Assembly (NCBI GenBank): GCA_043810925.1
Contig: JBDRNT010000060.1
Span: forward strand, 1 to 28,090
From: Candidatus Eiseniibacteriota bacterium
GTDB taxonomy: Bacteria; Arandabacterota; Arandabacteria; Arandabacterales; Arandabacteraceae
Length of the DNA: 28,090 nucleotides
Reading direction: 5' to 3'
The notes under the pieces were generated by a model. It was given only the letters and a program-made list of their open reading frames with translations. It was not told the origin of the DNA and did not search any database. This document shows positions 26,603 through 28,090 of the stretch, in pieces. A program made the position numbers and the translations under genes. The stretch's first letter is position 1. Each line of letters opens with the position of its first letter.

Positions 26603-27897
26603 AGAGGCTTTCCTACCCGGATTCAATCGACTTCCTGTTCAAACTCGAACGATCGGGGATCAAACTTGGACTCGATCGCACCGTCAATCTGCTTTCTGCA
26701 ATCGGCAACCCTCACAACAGCTTCGAAAGCATACATGTCGCCGGTACGAACGGCAAAGGCTCCGTCGCCTGCTTCGTGAACTCGATTCTGTGTCACAACG
26801 GGCTTGACACCGGTCTTTTCACCTCGCCCCATCTCGTGGACTACAGGGAGAGGATCAGGACGAACGGTCGGGCCATATCCCGGTCGGATACAGCCGCCCT
26901 GGTGTCGGAGCTCAAGGGGCCTGTCCTTGAAATCGGCGCGAGCTACTTTGAAGCTACCACGGCCCTGGCCTTCGAATACTTCAAGAGGCGAAAGGTCGAT
27001 GCTGCCGTTGTAGAGGTCGGGATGGGGGGCAGGCTTGACTCGACCAATATTCTGAAACCGCTCGTAAGCTGTATAACCTCGATTGACCTGGATCACGTGA
27101 ACTACCTGGGGTGGACCCTCCCGAAGATCGCCCGGGAGAAAGCCGGCATAATAAAGCCGGAAGTGCCTGTGGTCTGCGGAACCCTGTCCGGGCGGGTATC
27201 GTCCACCATAAACCGAATTGCGAAGGTGAGGGGAACAACAGTACTTGAGCTGGGCAAGCACGCGACCGTAAGGACCCTGACGGCCGGACTTCAAGGGTCG
27301 AGATTCGAATACACCGGTTTGAGCGGGAAGCGGGTCCTCGATATTCGCATGCCGGGGCTCCACCAGATCGCGAACGCGGCCCTGGCCACACTCGTTGCCG
27401 AGGTTTTACGCGAGAGTGGCATGAAGATTACGGGCAAGGCGATCAAGACAGGCCTCAGGGAGGCATTCTGGCCCGGCAGGTTTCAGGTGCTGAGGCGACG
27501 TCCACTGATTATCTGTGATGCCGCGCACAATGCATCCGGTGCTCAGGCGCTCGCCGAGTCCCTGAAGGCGATCGGGTTTCGGAGCGACATAACGGTATTC
27601 GCGGTGCTGCGTGATAAGGACTACGAGGAGATGCTATCCCGGCTCTCCGGGTGTTCGAAAGGTTTTGTGTTCACAAAGCCGGAAACGAAGCGGGCACTGC
27701 CGCTGTACAAACTCAAGAAGGCCGGAAGGGAACTCGGTCTGAATTTCTCGGCCTTCTCCTCGATCGATGAGGCGTTGGCGCGCTCACTTGCCGACTGTCC
27801 GAGGGACGGAAACATTCTGATTTGCGGCTCGTTGTTTGCAATCGGAGAAGCCATGCAGTATTTCAATATTAGACCGTATGAGACAACTCTTTGCTAA
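26599..27897 (+). CDS. folC: Bifunctional folylpolyglutamate synthase/dihydrofolate synthase
   Basis: HVAGTNGKGS, TSPHL..YRERI, EVGMGGRLDSTN, IAREKAGIIK, WPGRF, DAAHN, CGSL. Confidence 0.95.
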   Translation: MKRLSYPDSIDFLFKLERSGIKLGLDRTVNLLSAIGNPHNSFESIHVAGTNGKGSVACFVNSILCHNGLDTGLFTSPHLVDYRERIRTNGRAISRSDTAALVSELKGPVLEIGASYFEATTALAFEYFKRRKVDAAVVEVGMGGRLDSTNILKPLVSCITSIDLDHVNYLGWTLPKIAREKAGIIKPEVPVVCGTLSGRVSSTINRIAKVRGTTVLELGKHATVRTLTAGLQGSRFEYTGLSGKRVLDIRMPGLHQIANAALATLVAEVLRESGMKITGKAIKTGLREAFWPGRFQVLRRRPLIICDAAHNASGAQALAESLKAIGFRSDITVFAVLRDKDYEEMLSRLSGCSKGFVFTKPETKRALPLYKLKKAGRELGLNFSAFSSIDEALARSLADCPRDGNILICGSLFAIGEAMQYFNIRPYETTLC

Positions 27898-28037
27898 TGG
27901 GGGTCAACGATGGGGTCAGGCTTTGAATTCTGGAATCAGGTGTCTTGGGCGGCGCCGTTATGGGATCCCGAATTGCAGGCCCGACGAAGGTACTTGAGGT
28001 TTATCACAGAGGCTCGATTCCAGAATTCAAAGCCTGA
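27897..28037. mobile_element. MITE/REP-like element with perfect 22-bp inverted repeats (GGGGTCAGGCTT type)
   Basis: tcaggctttgaattctggaatc (27916-27937) and gattccagaattcaaagcctga (28016-28037) are exact reverse complements. They are preceded by tandem atgggggtca..atggggtca. No transposase in the window. Confidence 0.6.
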
Positions 28038-28090
28038 TAATCATAAAGAGGCACCTCCAGAGCATTCCAAGAGAGATTTCTCTCTGGTAT

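Noticed and set aside
17871-27391. Minus-strand ORFs opposite serS, thyA-like, kinase, PNP, accD and folC
   Set aside because: They fully overlap conserved genes and show no independent family signatures.
129-27923. Whole window as a composite transposon or genomic island bounded by the 14-bp inverted motif
   Set aside because: The cargo is core housekeeping genes, there is no transposase or integrase, and the right copy belongs to its own small inverted-repeat element.
1-28090. tRNA, rRNA or CRISPR arrays
   Set aside because: No cloverleaf, rRNA or regularly spaced repeat-spacer pattern was seen in the intergenic regions.

Overview
GC-rich (roughly 55-60%, by eye) bacterial chromosomal window, probably from an uncultured FCB-group lineage such as Eisenbacteria, Krumholzibacteriota or Latescibacterota. 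That placement is an inference from the FlgD/T9SS-like C-terminal domain, the C-terminal TWGxIKxxYR tails and a PorX-type regulator next to tsaE. From left to right it encodes: a large secreted multidomain GH57 glycoside hydrolase; an ArsB/NhaD-type permease; a secreted beta-helix protein; a 9-gene nucleotide-sugar/glycan cluster (ugd, rmlC-like, rmlB, UDP-GlcA decarboxylase, WbpB/D/E-like trio, SDR epimerase, WecA-like initiator); two minus-strand secreted proteins; and a housekeeping run (serS, Mut7-C RNase, archaeal-type thymidylate synthase, histidine kinase, PorX-like regulator, tsaE, tsaB, rimI, PNP, accD, folC). Main discovery: the small minus-strand secreted CBM-like gene continues in frame for 63 codons past its TGA. 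The extension completes the CBM fold and ends in TWGGIKALYR, and a SECIS-like hairpin follows the UGA, making it a candidate novel secreted selenoprotein. The neighbouring gene has TAG exactly at the Trp of the same C-terminal motif. Also present are a dispersed ~40-nt hairpin repeat, GGGGTCAGGCTT-type MITE/REP-like elements at both window ends, and several near-consensus sigma70 promoters, one implying a leaderless mRNA.
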